Source of the DNA: Yuukianura sp. NJ FZ-2021
Taxonomy: Eukaryota
Direction: 5' to 3'
Assembly (NCBI GenBank): GCA_046563655.1
Contig: CM102289.1
Span: 7,440,001 to 7,504,000 of the forward strand
DNA length: 64,000 nucleotides
Shown piece by piece: positions 50,283-64,000 of this stretch (its first letter is position 1; each line of letters starts with the position of its first letter). Made by a program: the position numbers and the translations under genes. Below the pieces are notes generated by a model, which was not told the DNA's origin, searched no databases, and saw only the letters and a program-made list of their open reading frames with translations.

Positions 50283-51373
50283 TTTGATCTTTTTTTGAGC
50301 GGTAAAATTCAAAATGGCAACTAATTTCCCTACTCTACGCGACCTCCCTTTTTATTTACTTTTTCTTACTCCAGTAGCGCTAAATGCAGGTTAATTCCCT
50401 ATTCTTCCTTGGAATTAAAAGAAAGTAGCGACACAAAACCCATTGTTAGACAAAACGCGGAAGCAAAAATCCGATTTCAAACGAACTTAACTGCCGCCAT
50501 ATTCTTTTTGTTCAAAATTTAAGCATGCCGCTTTCTTCTGTTTGAAATTGCCGAATTGAATTGGTGCTAATGGTATGTTCTAAAAACAATTGAAACACAC
50601 GTCCCATTCTGTTTAATTTGAATCGAAGGTTATAACTTCAAGGAGAAATCCTGCTTCAACTCTTCAACGCATGGCGTTTTAATTCGAACTTTCAGTTCTC
50701 CAAATTTTGAAATAATGTCATGCGCTACACTAAAGTCAAAATTTTTTCAAAAGCCTAAAAAAAACTGGTTTTGAACATTGGTCAAAAACATGCGATGATG
50801 CACTGTGCTATTAACCTAGTATTTGTCAGTATGTTTTTTGTGAGTGTGCAATTATTGCTACTTTTTGCTCTGACAGAATTCTGCACAAAAAGAAAGCTAA
50901 AAAAGTTGTTTTTCAAATGCATGATTGTGAGGTAGGTTTTAACTAGATCTTGCAATGTCAGTACTGACGTACTTCGCACAATTCGTGTGAAGTTTATTTA
51001 GTTTATCTGATTGTGAATTGAAACAATTCAAAAGATAATAGAAGATAACAGGAAGTTTGTCACCCTTGACCTCCAAATTTCACAAAAACGTGAATAACTA
51101 CGTAGTAGCCTCAAGCGTAATACTTAAAGTTTCCACGAATAAAGTGACCTCACTGGATTCCGGATCTACAATTATCAAAATTCAACACATTGACAGAAAT
51201 ATCGTGTCAGTTTTCATTTTTTCAAGTGTTGAAACAAGTGCAGTATTAAAAGAACTCAAGTTAGAATCTGAGATTTGAAGTTTGAAACAGTTTGAGTTTG
51301 GCTAAAAAGTTTGAATTGTTAAAAGTTACCTTTCTGGTTGACTTTTTGACGAACTTTGCAATTTCCAGTACAA

Positions 51374-52553
51374 ATGGCATTCACCGATGCAGAATTGGAC
51401 AGTATTGGGCAACTCCGAAGCCGGTTTAGTGACCTGCGCGAGGAACAATCCACAAACGAGTACCTCATTCGATGGCTCCGTGCTCGTAACATGGATTTGG
51501 ACAAAGCCGAGGTCATGCTGCGCAAGTGCCTGGACTGGCGCAAAGAAAACGGAATTGACAATATCCTGGAAACATTAAAAATCCCTGAGGCAATGCTCAA
51601 GATGACTCCGTTTGCTTATCTCGGGATTGATCCAGTATCGGGATGTCCAGTATTTTTGTACTTGATGGGCCGAGATGACATAGCGACAAAGTTGGATATT
51701 CTTGGAGTGGACAAAATGATTTTGTACAACGCCTACATGATGGAGTACGTTCACAAGGTCATTTTCCCACAATGTTCCAAGGTCGCTGGTAGACCTATTA
51801 CACAGTTCATTGAACTAATTGACATTGAGGGGTTCAATTACCGCTTGTTTACTGACTCCAAGTATAGAGACTGCATGACCACAATTCAAACGAAGTTTGA
51901 CAACTTGTATCCCGAAGTCGTTAATCACTTTTGTGTAATTAACGCTCCGAAAATTTTCTCTTTTGTATTCAATCTTTGCAAACCTTTCATAGCTAAGGCT
52001 ACTCTTGAGAAAATGGCAATTTATGGACCAAACAATTGGCAAGAGGATGTTAAAAAACGATTTCCGATGGACCTCGTGCCACCGGCCTACGGCGGGTCAC
52101 GTCCAGGCATAGACGAGTTTTGTTCTGGTGATCCCATTTGGCTGTTTGGTCTTGAAAAAGATTTTTTCAAAAGTAGGTTTCACTTTTCGAAAAACTTTAA
52201 TGAATTTTTTAAAGTTTGAATTATTTTGTTTTTTAGCTCTGGACGTGTTGAAAGTGAAGGCACGTGACAAAGCACACTTGGAATTTGATGTTACCGAGCA
52301 AGGAGCATCGTTGGTTTGGAAATTTAAGTCTGCGGCGGACGACATTTCCTTTGGAATTTTGCATGAAGACGATGAAATTTTGCCGCTAAAACGTGTTGAT
52401 GCTCATAAGGAAACTCAACGCGGAGAATTAACTTGTAGTCGCGTGGGAAAATATAAAATTGTTTTTGACAACACCTACAGCTACACCAAAGGAAAACAAA
52501 TTCATCATAGAATTGAAGTAATTAGTTCATTTGACACGGTTAATATAAACTGA
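51374..52553 (+). CDS. SEC14-like lipid-binding protein (CRAL-TRIO + GOLD), 371 aa
   Basis: Exons 51374-52172 and 52237-52553. YLIRWLRARNMDLDKAEVMLRKCLDWRKENGID, YPE...VINAPKIFSFVFNLCKPF, PPAYGG; GOLD motifs LVWKFKS..DDISFGI, GKYKIVFDNTYSYTKGK. Confidence 0.94.
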
Positions 52554-52701
52554 GTTACTTTAACGTTAACTTAAGATGCAAATGCAAAAATTAGTCAAAA
52601 GGTTTTCAAATTTACACATCTGAAATTTTGAAAATGTTTACTGACTACCAAACCCAACCCCATAAAAAATAGTGATCTTAGCTTTAAACTAGAAGAACGT
52701 A

Positions 52702-55347
52702 CTAAATGTAGCGCAGTCGCAAACGAGATTTCAGTAAAATAAATACAGCGGTAATGGTTGTTAAAATTGAAATGTACAAACTTGAGCTGGCGGTAAATTC
52801 AAACCAAGTAGAAATTCGCGCCAAAATGTTGCAAGCGACCATTCCTAGACTGTGGACAACGAGTCCTGCGTAGCTGACTTTTGATCTTCGGCCCATTAAG
52901 TAGAGCATGTGATCGGCCCAGGGACGTGCGAAAAATTCAACCACATTGCTAACTAGTTCAGACGACCTCATGCCAGATACAACCGGAGATGCCAGTTTTT
53001 GATACATCTGAAAATTTTTAAAAACCAACAAAATTGGAAACAATTTTTTTTTCAAAAAAAATACGCAGCTTCATGTTTTTGTGTTCACCTGTAGTGTTGG
53101 GAGTGACTCCAACGAAAGTCGACTTCCAAATTCCGCATCAACCAAAAACGTTTCCAGATCCAGCCGACCTTGACGAAACAGTTCGGTACAAATTACAGTT
53201 GTTTCGGCAAATGTTCTGCCCAGCAAACCACCACAGTTGGCAAATGTCGTAACGAAACACGGTCCGGTACAAGCGGCCGGTAGAACTCCAAGTGGCAACC
53301 GACCAAGCACAACGACACAAACGGAACATCCTGTAGCTGCGCCTACGCATGCGCCGACAAAAGGCAAAGTACTTTTGAGTAAACCGCGTAAATCTGGTAA
53401 TTTTGAAACTGGTTCAGCAGCGGGCGTCGGTGCTGCTTCTGTTGTGGCTTCTTCAGTTGTCGTGGAACCTTCGGCTGCTGCATAACTTCCAGCAGTTGAA
53501 CTTGGCGCCATGTAGAAAGGCATGGAAGTCGTAGGAACTTCAACAGGCGGTACCATGTAAAGCATATTATTCAAATTGTCATCACGATTATTGTAACTGT
53601 AAAACGAATTTTGAAATTTGCGATTCAAATTGTCGTCCCGCTTTTTGCGAATTTGGATATTGGAATTGTAACAATGTAGAGGGCCTGAAATGACGCTTCC
53701 CATGGTAGTAGTACAAGCCGTTTGAATGCGTAATTCCGTTTCGTCGTGAGTTTTGCAAAGCAGTTTCAACCCATAACCAAATTGATTTGGCACTATTAAG
53801 GTGTACGGTAAATCTTGTGAGTTGAACAAGTATCTGCGTAAAGAAAAATTAGTACTAAAACTTACAATATTTAAAAATAGTCATAGTATGACCAAAATTT
53901 GGGTTACTTGTAAGTTTGCTGGTTAAACGGATCATGCGCAATGACTTCAAATTCTGTCGTTTCGCATTCCTTTTTATGTAAAGTCAGTTTTTCCTTAGCA
54001 AATTTGAGCAAATCATCTCTTGGTAGAATCGACGAAGTTCCAACTTCGAATTTGAAAATTTCGTTTTTCATGGTGTGATTGTCATGCACTATTTGAACAG
54101 ACTCTTCCAAAATCCAAGATGAATTTTGAAGAAGTAGTGCAAAATTGCTGGAATTTTGTGAAAGAGCTGAAACTCCTATGAAATTTTGTTCTCCCGTTCT
54201 AAATCCCACAGAATCAAACTCAATTTTTCCAGAAAGTCCTTTCGGAATTGAACCAACTTTGCCAAACTTCGCATGTGACGCAGCGACTGTTGCTGTGTCG
54301 AAGGCCAATAGAACTGAAATGACATTTGGAGTTGGATCTGGCGGGAAAAAATGAAAAATTTGAAAAATAAAATAAAATTCCAAAACTTCTAAAATTGGAA
54401 ACTGAAAAAATTCAAAATTTACCCGAGGAATTTCCAATGTCTCGAATAACATTCCGTCGTAGCGGAGTATCCCAATTGGTTGATCCAACATACTGCACAG
54501 AATACAGTCCAAATAGAATATCACTTCCCGCCTTGAATTCTTGAACTGGAGCATGCGCAAACCACCGAAAAGAATGTGTGCTTGACCAAAATCCATCCTT
54601 GGGGTCTGGAAGCCAATTGGCTGACAATAACAGAATTCCAGCGTCGTTTGGTTTAGGATGAGAGTCCAGAAATGATTCAATGCGAGTTGAATTAACTACC
54701 AAGGTTCGGTTTTGAGTCGATTCAAACACAAAAATTGGCGCCGTGAAATTTGCACCATCTAGGAATCTTGGAGCTAAACGGTGATACAAATTGAGCAACG
54801 GGAGTTGACTGGCATCGTCCAGAATTGGAGTCAGCATGTGAGTTTGTACTTGGCCAATACGGTGTAGTAAAGCAATGGCTCTAATTTCATCGGTTGGTTG
54901 AAGAGTTAGCAAACGAAAAATATTTGAATATTTAGAAATTAAAGCACTCGGTAGAATTCTTGGAGTAAAAATTGCAATTTTTTCAGAAATTCCTGATTCT
55001 TGAATTTCAGTTTCAAATTGTTTGCAGAACGAATCCAGTTGAACCGTTGAAAGTAACGAAACAATTGTTTTGGTTCTTGAAGCTACAATTGAACTGATTT
55101 CTTGCGACACATTTTTGACTCCAAGGTCAACAAACGATGGGCTAAGATCCGAATCTGAGTCGGCTTCCATTAAACCCAAAAATGCTCCGCGCAGAAGCGA
55201 TTCTTGAAAACATCCATCTGAACCTGCTTTTGAATTGTAAAGAACTACGACAGACTTGTTTTCTGTTGAGGTCAATGCAAGGGTCACCAATGTATTTAAA
55301 TTAACGTAACTGAGGAAGAACAATAACGTGTAGAACTTGCAGCGCAT
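52702..55347 (-). CDS. Secreted or membrane-anchored orphan (801 aa) with a probable type-1 periplasmic-binding/ANF-receptor-like domain and a Cys-rich region
   Basis: Exons 55347-54423, 54337-53908, 53833-53089, 53007-52702 are phase-consistent. Signal peptide; NIFRLLTLQPTDEIRAIAL, LLAFDTA, GLSGKIEFDSVGFR recall PBP1-fold motifs; hydrophobic C-terminus. Confidence 0.7.
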
Positions 55348-56738
55348 GATTTAAAAAAACACGTTTTGTACAATTGCTATACCGAATTTCTTCTTAACGC
55401 AAGCGTTCAATAGCTTTTGAGGTAATGACGACTAGGTCTTTTGTGTGCACCTCAGAGATGTACTAGTAATACTAATTTGTTAAAATGTATAACTGTAATC
55501 ATCGATTTATTTTATGTTAATCAAAATTTAAAAGTTAAATTTAAACTGGCTTCATTTTCATTACTTGGTGTAACTTTAGCATGGAAATGTTTTTCACAAA
55601 ATGATTGTCTAGGAATAAATTTGGATTACAAAAATCACAAAACTAATGTCAAAAATTAATTTAACAATTTGAAATGATAAATAAATTTAATCAAGTTAGT
55701 TTTACTAATTTTTATTTTGACAATGTTTCTGATAACTTATGCCCAACAATGATTATGGTGCTAGACTGCTGTTGAGTAGCTTTAAGTGTGACATAATTAT
55801 TAGTCACCAACCAGCTGATTTTTCAAAATACGACAGCAGTTTGTTATGCGGGGAGATTTGTTGATAAACATTAGGAATTTCTCAACCTCATGAATAATTA
55901 TTAAATACAGGCTATAACCTAATTAACCTAAATACACAGAATCGTGATTTCCAATCCTTAACTTAAACTTTCTGCAATTGAAATTGGACGTCACGATTCT
56001 CTGCCTTAGGAATTGGACGTCACGATTTTCCGCATTAGGAGTATCATGTTTCTTATTAATTCCTGATTTCTATGTTTATCAGGAAATCTACCCCCATAGT
56101 TTGCTGGCAAAACGGGAAACGTTTTGGTTTCTACCTAGTCTACCACAAAGGTTAACGGCGGTCACAGAGAAGCAGCGTACACATCCCTTTGTTTGGAAGC
56201 TTTTAGTAATCAAGCACGGGTGAGTCGCATTTGATAATTATGAAGTATAACTTGATTAAGACAACATAATTAATAATTAATCTTGTTCTCGATTGACTAA
56301 ACTTATTATTCCAGTTCTCGCCCACTCAGTTCTAGAAGGCTCCGAATCCTTAAATTCATGAATTCCTGTTTGTTATCTCTACGCACTTAAAAAATAAGTA
56401 GGTAACCTAACATAGAGTTGATTTTATTCAATTAAGTCATTAACAATAACAACTGTTGAGAAAATGATTTCTTTGTTAACGTACGGTTTATTTACAGGTT
56501 TTTGAGCCACGAACGACTGATTAAGCATAATCTAAAAGACTGATTTTGTGTTCACTTATTTGTTCCTTTTCAATCGGAGACTGGACACAGTTTCGTTGCC
56601 TAAAGGCAGGAACTGACTATTAGTCAACAAGTAAGCTAAGGATTAATATATGAAAGAAAAGAAAGTAAATTGTATTAATTGTTAATTCTAACTAATCACT
56701 CTTGGTATGGTATTCGATTTTTGGATTATTTCAGGACA

Positions 56739-59700
56739 ATGTCCTTCTTATCCACAATGCCAAGTCCTCCGCCACTCGTTCCTGCGGAGTCGAATCAGAG
56801 TTCACAGCCCGAGGTCTGCCTTAATAGGAAAACAAAAAATCATGACGAACAGAATGTCGGACCAGTTCATGTCGAGAAGAGCAGAAGGAAACGGTTGTAC
56901 GGCCGCAAAATCGAGGCTCATAATCGAAACGGCAGTGTCACTAATCACGACTCAGATCCAAAGCCCCAACCGCGCATAGATAGATTCGTCCTTTTGGAAC
57001 ATGAACATCAAATCAATGAATTACGCAGCACAATCGAACAGCTAGCATCTAAAAATGTATCAGGAACTTACGGTCAAGATGAAGCAGAACTGGAAAAGGC
57101 TCTGTGTATTCAACGGACTCATGAGTCTAAACTGGCAGAACTTGAGGTTCAACTTGCAGTTTACAAGACTCTCAAAGAACGAGCAATTACTAATTACAAA
57201 TCGAAACCTAAAGAATTAGCAGCTCAACTCCACCGAGAACTTTATCGCTTTCAGAACCAACTGCCAATTTTTGCAAAACGCTTAGAGATTGAAGACTATG
57301 TTGAACACTTTGATCAGAAATGTAGATTTCTAATTGTCCAGGGCGAAACCGGATCTGGAAAAAGTACACAACTGCCACAATATTTTGCTGATCATCCGAG
57401 ATTCCAGGGAAAGAAAATCCTATGTGTTCAGCCCAGGAAGATTGCTGCTATTTCTCTGGCCAGTCGAGTAACGTTTGAGTACTATTGTGGAGATTATGAT
57501 GCTGTTCCATGCTACGGCAACATAATTGGATATCGTGTTGCAGGAGGCAAGAAAACAGGTCCAGAAACACGGATCGAGTTCATCACGGAGGGAAAGATGT
57601 TGGAAAATATCATTTCTGGAACTTCAGAGCCATTCCAAAATGTCGGTGCAATTATCTTAGATGAAGCTCACGAGCGAAGTATAAACTGTGATGTACTTCT
57701 TGGCTGCTTCAAGATGGAAGACCCAAGATGGAATGAAATTATGATTGTAGTCACTTCAGCTACAATTGACTTGGATCAATTTTCGGACTTCTTCAATAAG
57801 GCTCCTGCTATAGTAGTTCCTGGCCGTACATTCCCGGTTTCAATCAATTACAGACCGTGTCCTGGATTTGGATTTTTTGACAACACACAAGAACTTTTGA
57901 AGGCATGTATCCAATGCACGCTGGACATTCACATGTCAAGCAGACTCACTCCTGGAGACATTCTATGTTTCTTACCGGGTCAAGCCGATGTACTTGCAGC
58001 ATTGGATATGTTCAACTCTGAATACAGAAGGGCGTGCTCAAAGATCCAGCAGTCGAATGTCCACCAGCTTCTGGAACCAATCATTCTGCCACTGTACAGC
58101 AGACTGGAGCCAGAACAACAAGCACAAGTATTTGAACAATTTGAAAATCAATTTCGGAAGATTATTTTCGCAACTGACATTGCCGAAACGTCTGTGACAA
58201 TCGAAGGGGTCGTTCACGTAGTGGATTCGGGAGTTAAGAAAGGTATCACCTATGATCCGAAACGTAAAATTTCGTCACTTCGTCTTCAGCCGATCAGTAA
58301 ATCCAGTGCAATTCAAAGAATGGGCAGAGCTGGACGTACCAAACCAGGAGAATGTTACCGCTTGTACACACCAGAAGATTTTGAGGACATGGAACTTGGC
58401 AGAAACCCCGAGATACTCGCCAGACCCTTAGCTTTGACAATCCTTACTCTTAGAAAAATGAAGATGGACCCCTTAACGTTTCCATGGATATCACAACCAC
58501 CGAACGACGCATTAGAATCTGCAGAAGAAGAATTATTGCTGCTGAAAGCTTTAGTCTATAGGCGATCGGTAGAAGATGACATTGACGAGGATAATCAAGT
58601 GGAGTTGACTGAGTTGGGCCACCTTATCTCTACAGTCCAACAGGAACCGAGTTTAGTAAAAATGATTCAATATGGATGTGGAAATGGATTAGGAGAAGCG
58701 GCTGTTACGCTGGCGTCAATTTTTTCGGTCTCAAGCACATTTTACTACAGCGGTTCTGATCCAGAATCAAAATCGAAATCGCTGGAGAAACGAAAGTCAC
58801 TTGCCCTTGTGGAGGGCGATGTCGTTTCCCAGTTTCGGACTTTTGAAGAATGGACACGCATATCCAAGGACAACCCAAATAAAGTTGGAATTTGGTGTCG
58901 AGATAATTTCGTTAACGGTAAATCTATGAAGATCATCGTGTCCACACGGTAAATGACGAGAAATAACAGCTGACTCACAACGAACGTATTAAATACGTCG
59001 TATTCAGGATTGATTTTTAAACAATTTGTTGTTTTTGTGCCAGGAACGAGCTGAGAATGTATTTTCGTCATACGACAGCTTGGAAAGCTACAGAACAAAC
59101 AAATTCTCCATCAGATGAAGAACTTTCACGAATTGCATTTGCTGGACTCTTCCTGAATACATGCCACATTATGAAAACGAGACAATCGCAGGGGAAAGTC
59201 CAGTACTATTCGCTATGGAAGGGCGTTCCTGGATTCTGTTCCAGAGATTCCGCACTATGTCAACATCCAAATCCTCCGGACTGGATTGCCTATGATCGAG
59301 TTCTTCAAGTTCCAGTGACACTATTTCTCACATGCAACAAAGTTCTGGAGGATTGGATTCGAGAAGAAGATGCAACTTTCTACTATCAGTGTAAAGAAAT
59401 GTCTCTTCAACTTCCGACGTCAATCAGCCGCCAACTCTCTCCCGAACTAGTTTCAACTCTCGTTGGAAAGTTTTACTCCAAAATTCGGTTTCTGGAAAAT
59501 GAGTTGGAATCTACAGTTGAAACAGATTTGGATAGCGGAATGATAACTCTGTTCTTTCCAAAATGTAACAAAGATGAAGTCGAGCGGAAGTTAGACACGA
59601 AAGTCAAATCAGTTTTAGACCAACTGAGTGAAGGAGTGATTGAACAAGAGTATTTGGGTGGATGTCGTCTTCTCGTCGGTGAAGGATTCCACGTCAAAGA

Positions 59701-62220
59701 TGTCCTGTTTTCTGACGACTTTGTTTCAATCTTTCTACGCAACCTTCCCCCTTCTACAACCGAAGACGACATCAAGGATTTGGTACGTAGTCAACGTCTT
59801 CCGTGCAGCGACAATCGAATTCACAATGTCCAAGTCTTTCGCGGAGGAAATCCTGGATCCGGGTCAGCCTTAATCACGTTCTACTCGAAACAGTATGCTC
59901 AACAGTTCCATCAAAAATGTTTTAGTCAGCAAGTCATTTTGAATGGACAGCCGGTTGCAAGTAATCCAGCATTGGGAAAACGTAAAGGAGTTTCAGCAGA
60001 GATTACAGGCAAACTGAAATATTCATGGCCTCTCGGCCCATCAGAACAAAAGGCCAAGCTGTGGTTCAAATCTGGAGTCGACGCAAATACGTTCCTTGAT
60101 CGAGCCAATATATTCCTATCTGGAGCTGGAGTTCATGCTGTGAGCAGCCAATCAAATCAAAACCATTCTCTTCCTTCCTGGTCTAAAAATCAAAAGAGCA
60201 GAAACAATATTCCTGCTCCTACTATAAAAATGCATGCCGTCCGCCGAGCAAAGGCTGCCAACTACCGCTTCGATATGACCAAAATTATGAATCTTGCGGA
60301 AAATGAACAGAAACAGTTGGAGTACACCGTAACTGTTGACAACATTCAGCCAAGTATGGATGAGTATGCAATCATGGAATCTTTACGCCATTTGAATTTA
60401 GTTGCTGTACGAGTTTTTCGACGTCCTTCGGAAGTTTTGCCTATAAGAGATGAACTTCTTGTTCCTGTTGCTGAATTAGTGAAAACACATCCCTCTCATC
60501 TATTCAACGAAGAACTAAGTCGGCGCACAGGAGTTTGGATTTCATTCAATCGACTCGGTCTCCTGCGGGAAGCTTACAGTGACATTGTGTCGTCGCCTGA
60601 ATGGGCCGAAATACAGAAACCATTTGGACAACAGCCTAGGCTGGAGATTGAATACTACTATACTGCCACAGTTCTAGTCGAATTGTACCTTGTCCTTGAA
60701 AAGGAGTTCCAAGAAGTTATGAAGTATGGACAATCCATTGGGGTTCATATCCAGCATCCTCTTCCATTCAAGCAACTGGAAATGAATCAAATGAAGCAGC
60801 AGAAATCCAAGTTCATTCATATCCGATTCCACAGCAGTACAGAACTCAACTTTCCAGAGATTAAGAAACGAATGGAGAAAGTAACAGAATGTCAAAAGTT
60901 CCAGTCTGACTCGATTGAACTTTTTTTCAATTCTACTGGAAGAGCAATCCTGAACCGATTTGAATTCAAGCGCTACTTGTTTCCAAGTTTCCATTCTAAA
61001 ACGATTTGGATTTATGGAGAAGAACAACTTCGTCAGAAAATCGCTGAGCGACTGGAAAGCCAACTAAACAAACTGAAGTCCCTGGATTACTTGGATCATC
61101 AGCTTTCAATAAACAAGAAAGGCGTGACTAACAATCGTAATAGAGATGATCATCTTTACCGAATATGTTCGAAGGCGGGTCTGGAATTTTGGGAAATCCG
61201 GGGGTCAAAGATCATGGTTTCTGGATCAAAGGAAAATGTAGAAAAATTGAAGCATAACCTGGAAAAGAACAAGTTAATTTTTACACACAAACCAAGGAGA
61301 AGTTTTGTGTCTACTTCGGACTGTGGACTCTGCTTTACCCAACCTCAAGATCGGAAGTATGCAATTACAACCAATTGCTTGAACGGAACAAAAAACTGCG
61401 AGAGGATGTTTTGTCAAGAATGTATTCAACCAATGTTTGAACAACTTCCTCCTCCATTTCCACTCAAATGTCCCACTTGTGAAACACTGCTTTTGATTGG
61501 AGACATTATCAAATGGGCATCACCTTCAGCTCTCAAAAAAGTACTGGAGGTTGCTATTCAAGATTTCAAGGAAAAGAACTCGGACGTAATTTTGTCATGC
61601 CCAAAACCGGGATGCGGACAAGTTCTGGACGCAAGTTTGCTGAAGAAAGGTTTGTGATTGCCAAACTTCATTTTAAACTTGAAAATTAATTGATTTGTGT
61701 ATTTTCAGGACATTACGGAGGATCGTTTATCTTTTGCGACGAGTGTATCACGACGTACTGCCTAGACTGTTCTAAGAAAATGGACAAGGCTGTGGAGATG
61801 CATGAGGACGAGAGTTGTGAAGAATTTCAAAGCGGATCGCCGAACCGAGCCTGCATCCACGTCAACTTCATTCGGGAAAACATTCTCAACCTTTGCTGTC
61901 CGAAGTGTAATGCTGCATTTTTGGATTTTGATGGTTGTGGAGCCTTGACCTGCAATGTCAACAAATGTGGTTGCAATTTCTGCGCCCTTTGTCTCGCAGA
62001 CTGTGGAGCGGATGCGCATGGTCATGTGCGGACTTGTACATGGAATTCGACGCGGAATTTTTACGTAAGTACGCAGGATGTCATGAAAGCACATCGAGAA
62101 ACCCGAATCACAAAAATAAGGGAGCGGTTAAGCAGTGTTACAGCAGAAGAGCGAAAGCGGGTGCTAAATATTTTGTGTAAGGATCTAGTTGATCTTGGAA
62201 TCAATTTAAGTGATATCTAA
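56739..62220 (+). CDS. DEAH-box RNA helicase fused to an RRM-like region and an RBR (RING1-IBR-RING2) E3 ligase; DEAH11/12-like, 1775 aa
   Basis: Exons 56739-58948, 59044-61649, 61709-62220. GETGSGKSTQLPQY, QPRKIAA, DEAHER, TSAT, FLPGQ, ATDIAETSVTIEGVVHVVDSG, QRMGRAGR; RRM-like IFLRNLP...SALITF; CGLC...C..C...FCQEC...CPTC; CPKPGC...CDEC...YCLDC...H; CPKC..DGCGALTC..CGCNFCALC..H. Confidence 0.93.
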
Positions 62221-63250
62221 TTATATAACACTTAAGTTCAGCATGCTCAAAATCTTTAACTCCGATTACAACAGTAGCCTCTAAAGAACTGTTGTATGTT
62301 ACGTTTAGGTACGCTATGTTGTGCTGGATGTGAAGTGATTCAGGTTTTACGTAAAAAAGATCCAGAATATATGTTATATTCAGTACAGCTTAACTTCAAT
62401 ATATTTATTCTAGTTTTGTCAAATCCGCTGTGATTTTGAAATTGTTCATCTATTCCCAAGTATCTAATCGTTTAATGTAAAACTCATTTTTGTAATTGGA
62501 AATTTATTGTCAAAATAATTAAATTTCTAATTCTCAAAAATTCGTAGATCTCAAATTACACAACAAAAAATCCATCCATTACTTTTTTTTTGAACGTCGC
62601 GTGCTAAAAGTGAAACTAAAAAACAGAAAAAATTTCTCGCCGTTTTACTAGTTTCAAGGCTAAAGCGTAGTCACGACATAGAACTATCATTTATTGCACA
62701 AAAACTACATTTTAGCGTCGTTTTTGCAATCAACAAACCGTTCGAACTGTGTTTAGTTTTAGCATCTAGAATGAAATGTAAAAGTTCCAGTTGGACTTTT
62801 AGATAATGAAGAATGTGTCACTTTCTGTTATCAGAATCTTATATCAAAGTGGATGATGATTTACGTTATGCAGCAAAAGTATAGTCACCACTACGTTTAT
62901 AACCTATTTTGATGATTTATCACCATCATGAAATAGTATGCAACATTTAGGTAGGGCTGAATAGGCAGATCTGGCAGACACTGCCAAATAACTGTAATGT
63001 GAATTTGGAATTGGGAAGACATTTAACATACAAAAGGTGTAGAATCCACCTTTCATGCTGGTTTTTACAAAGCATTGTGTCCTATTTTCCCCCTTTACTT
63101 TACTAAACGTATACTAAACTCGTCAAAGTTGACTTCATTCCCATTGTAATAGTTTTCAAAATTCCAACACGATATGTGAGACTTCCCTAAAAGTTGATAG
63201 TTTAAATTTTTAAAGTTCTTGTAAGCAAGTGATTTTGAATTATTTTTGAA

Positions 63251-64000
63251 ATGAGAGCAGTCCATTCTGAAGTTGTTGTCAAAATATTAGAAACTTTTCA
63301 TCAACTTAAATCTGACGGTACTATTGCGGTTTCCGAAAAACCGAAAAATTGTCAACCGGAGTCAACTGATTCAGAAGATGAAGAGGACAGACTCATACTG
63401 CTATTTTTAGAAGAGGAATTGAGCATTCGGGGGATTTCAGAATTGAGTCAATTGCCAATTGGTGGTGAAAAATCAGTGGTTCAATTTGCGTACAATTTAC
63501 CAACAGACACTACGCTGTTTACAATTTTACAAAAATTAGAATTCACAGAATGTATCCCGTTTCCAACGTTGCCGGCACTGCATTGCAAGGTAATTCGAAA
63601 AAAAATGTACCGCTATTTCGGTCGAGGTAAGGTTTAAAGACCGTCATGGTAGCCTCACAGTGAACTCCGGTCATCTTGTATGGCAACGATAGGCGGCTAC
63701 ACATAGTGGCAACATTTGTAGCCACTTGAACTTAAAAAATTTAATCTAAAGTGGTAACATAAGTAGCCACGTTGTGTAGCCACCGATTGGAGACCCTGAG
63801 TGGCTAAGCTGTAAGGTTACAATGACGGTCGTTAAACCTTACTTCAACCGTCATTTCTAAAGGTTTTGTACCTATAGCGGGAATTTTCAAATTTTTTGTG
63901 TTTTTTCTTCTTAGATGACGCTGCGATCGCGTCGAAATTTTAGTTGCGCAAGTCTCTACCTCACCGGAACGGGCTACCATAGCCTTGCAGATCAATCTAC
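63251..64000 (+). CDS. Possible 5' part of an uncharacterized gene running off the window
   Basis: ORF from ATG 63251; donor CAAG|GTAATT at 63588/63589 joins in phase 0 to acceptor ttag| at 63915, which stays open to the window end. No recognisable domain. Confidence 0.35.
63692..63784. mobile_element. Short fold-back/MITE-like element (copy 2)
   Basis: ggcggctacaca / tgtgtagccacc outer IR; inner tgtagccactt...taaagtggtaacataagt matches the 25133-25249 copy. Confidence 0.5.

Overview
Gene-dense, AT-rich eukaryotic (animal) DNA with short GT-AG introns, mostly about 55-130 nt. ZAD-C2H2 genes, a chitin-binding protein, a Gly/Tyr-rich secreted protein and the compact gene structure point to an arthropod, plausibly a springtail-like hexapod (inference). 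About 20 genes were assembled by hand from split ORFs: a type I membrane protein (fend/anosmin-like, 5'-partial), an SLC5 sodium:solute symporter, an intronless ORF with an internal duplication, AP-2 mu, an OFA/YhjX-type MFS transporter, a coiled-coil ORF, an O-methyltransferase, two ZAD zinc-finger genes, two rhodaneses, arginase, a ChtBD2 protein, RRP36, a WAP-domain peptide, a Gly-rich protein, a SEC14-like protein, a periplasmic-binding-fold orphan and a DEAH helicase-RBR E3 fusion. Highlights: (1) a hidden secreted WAP peptide gene whose signal-peptide exon is split by an 895-bp TIR element with a perfect 8-bp target-site duplication; (2) a ZAD-ZNF gene with two alternative 3' exons that each complete the same split zinc finger; (3) an O-methyltransferase resembling mycosporine MysB; (4) a microbial-type MFS transporter (HGT candidate); (5) a helicase-RRM-RBR ligase fusion; (6) tandem arrays and fold-back elements. 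No rRNA, tRNA or CRISPR was seen. Family assignments come from motif recall, not database searches.
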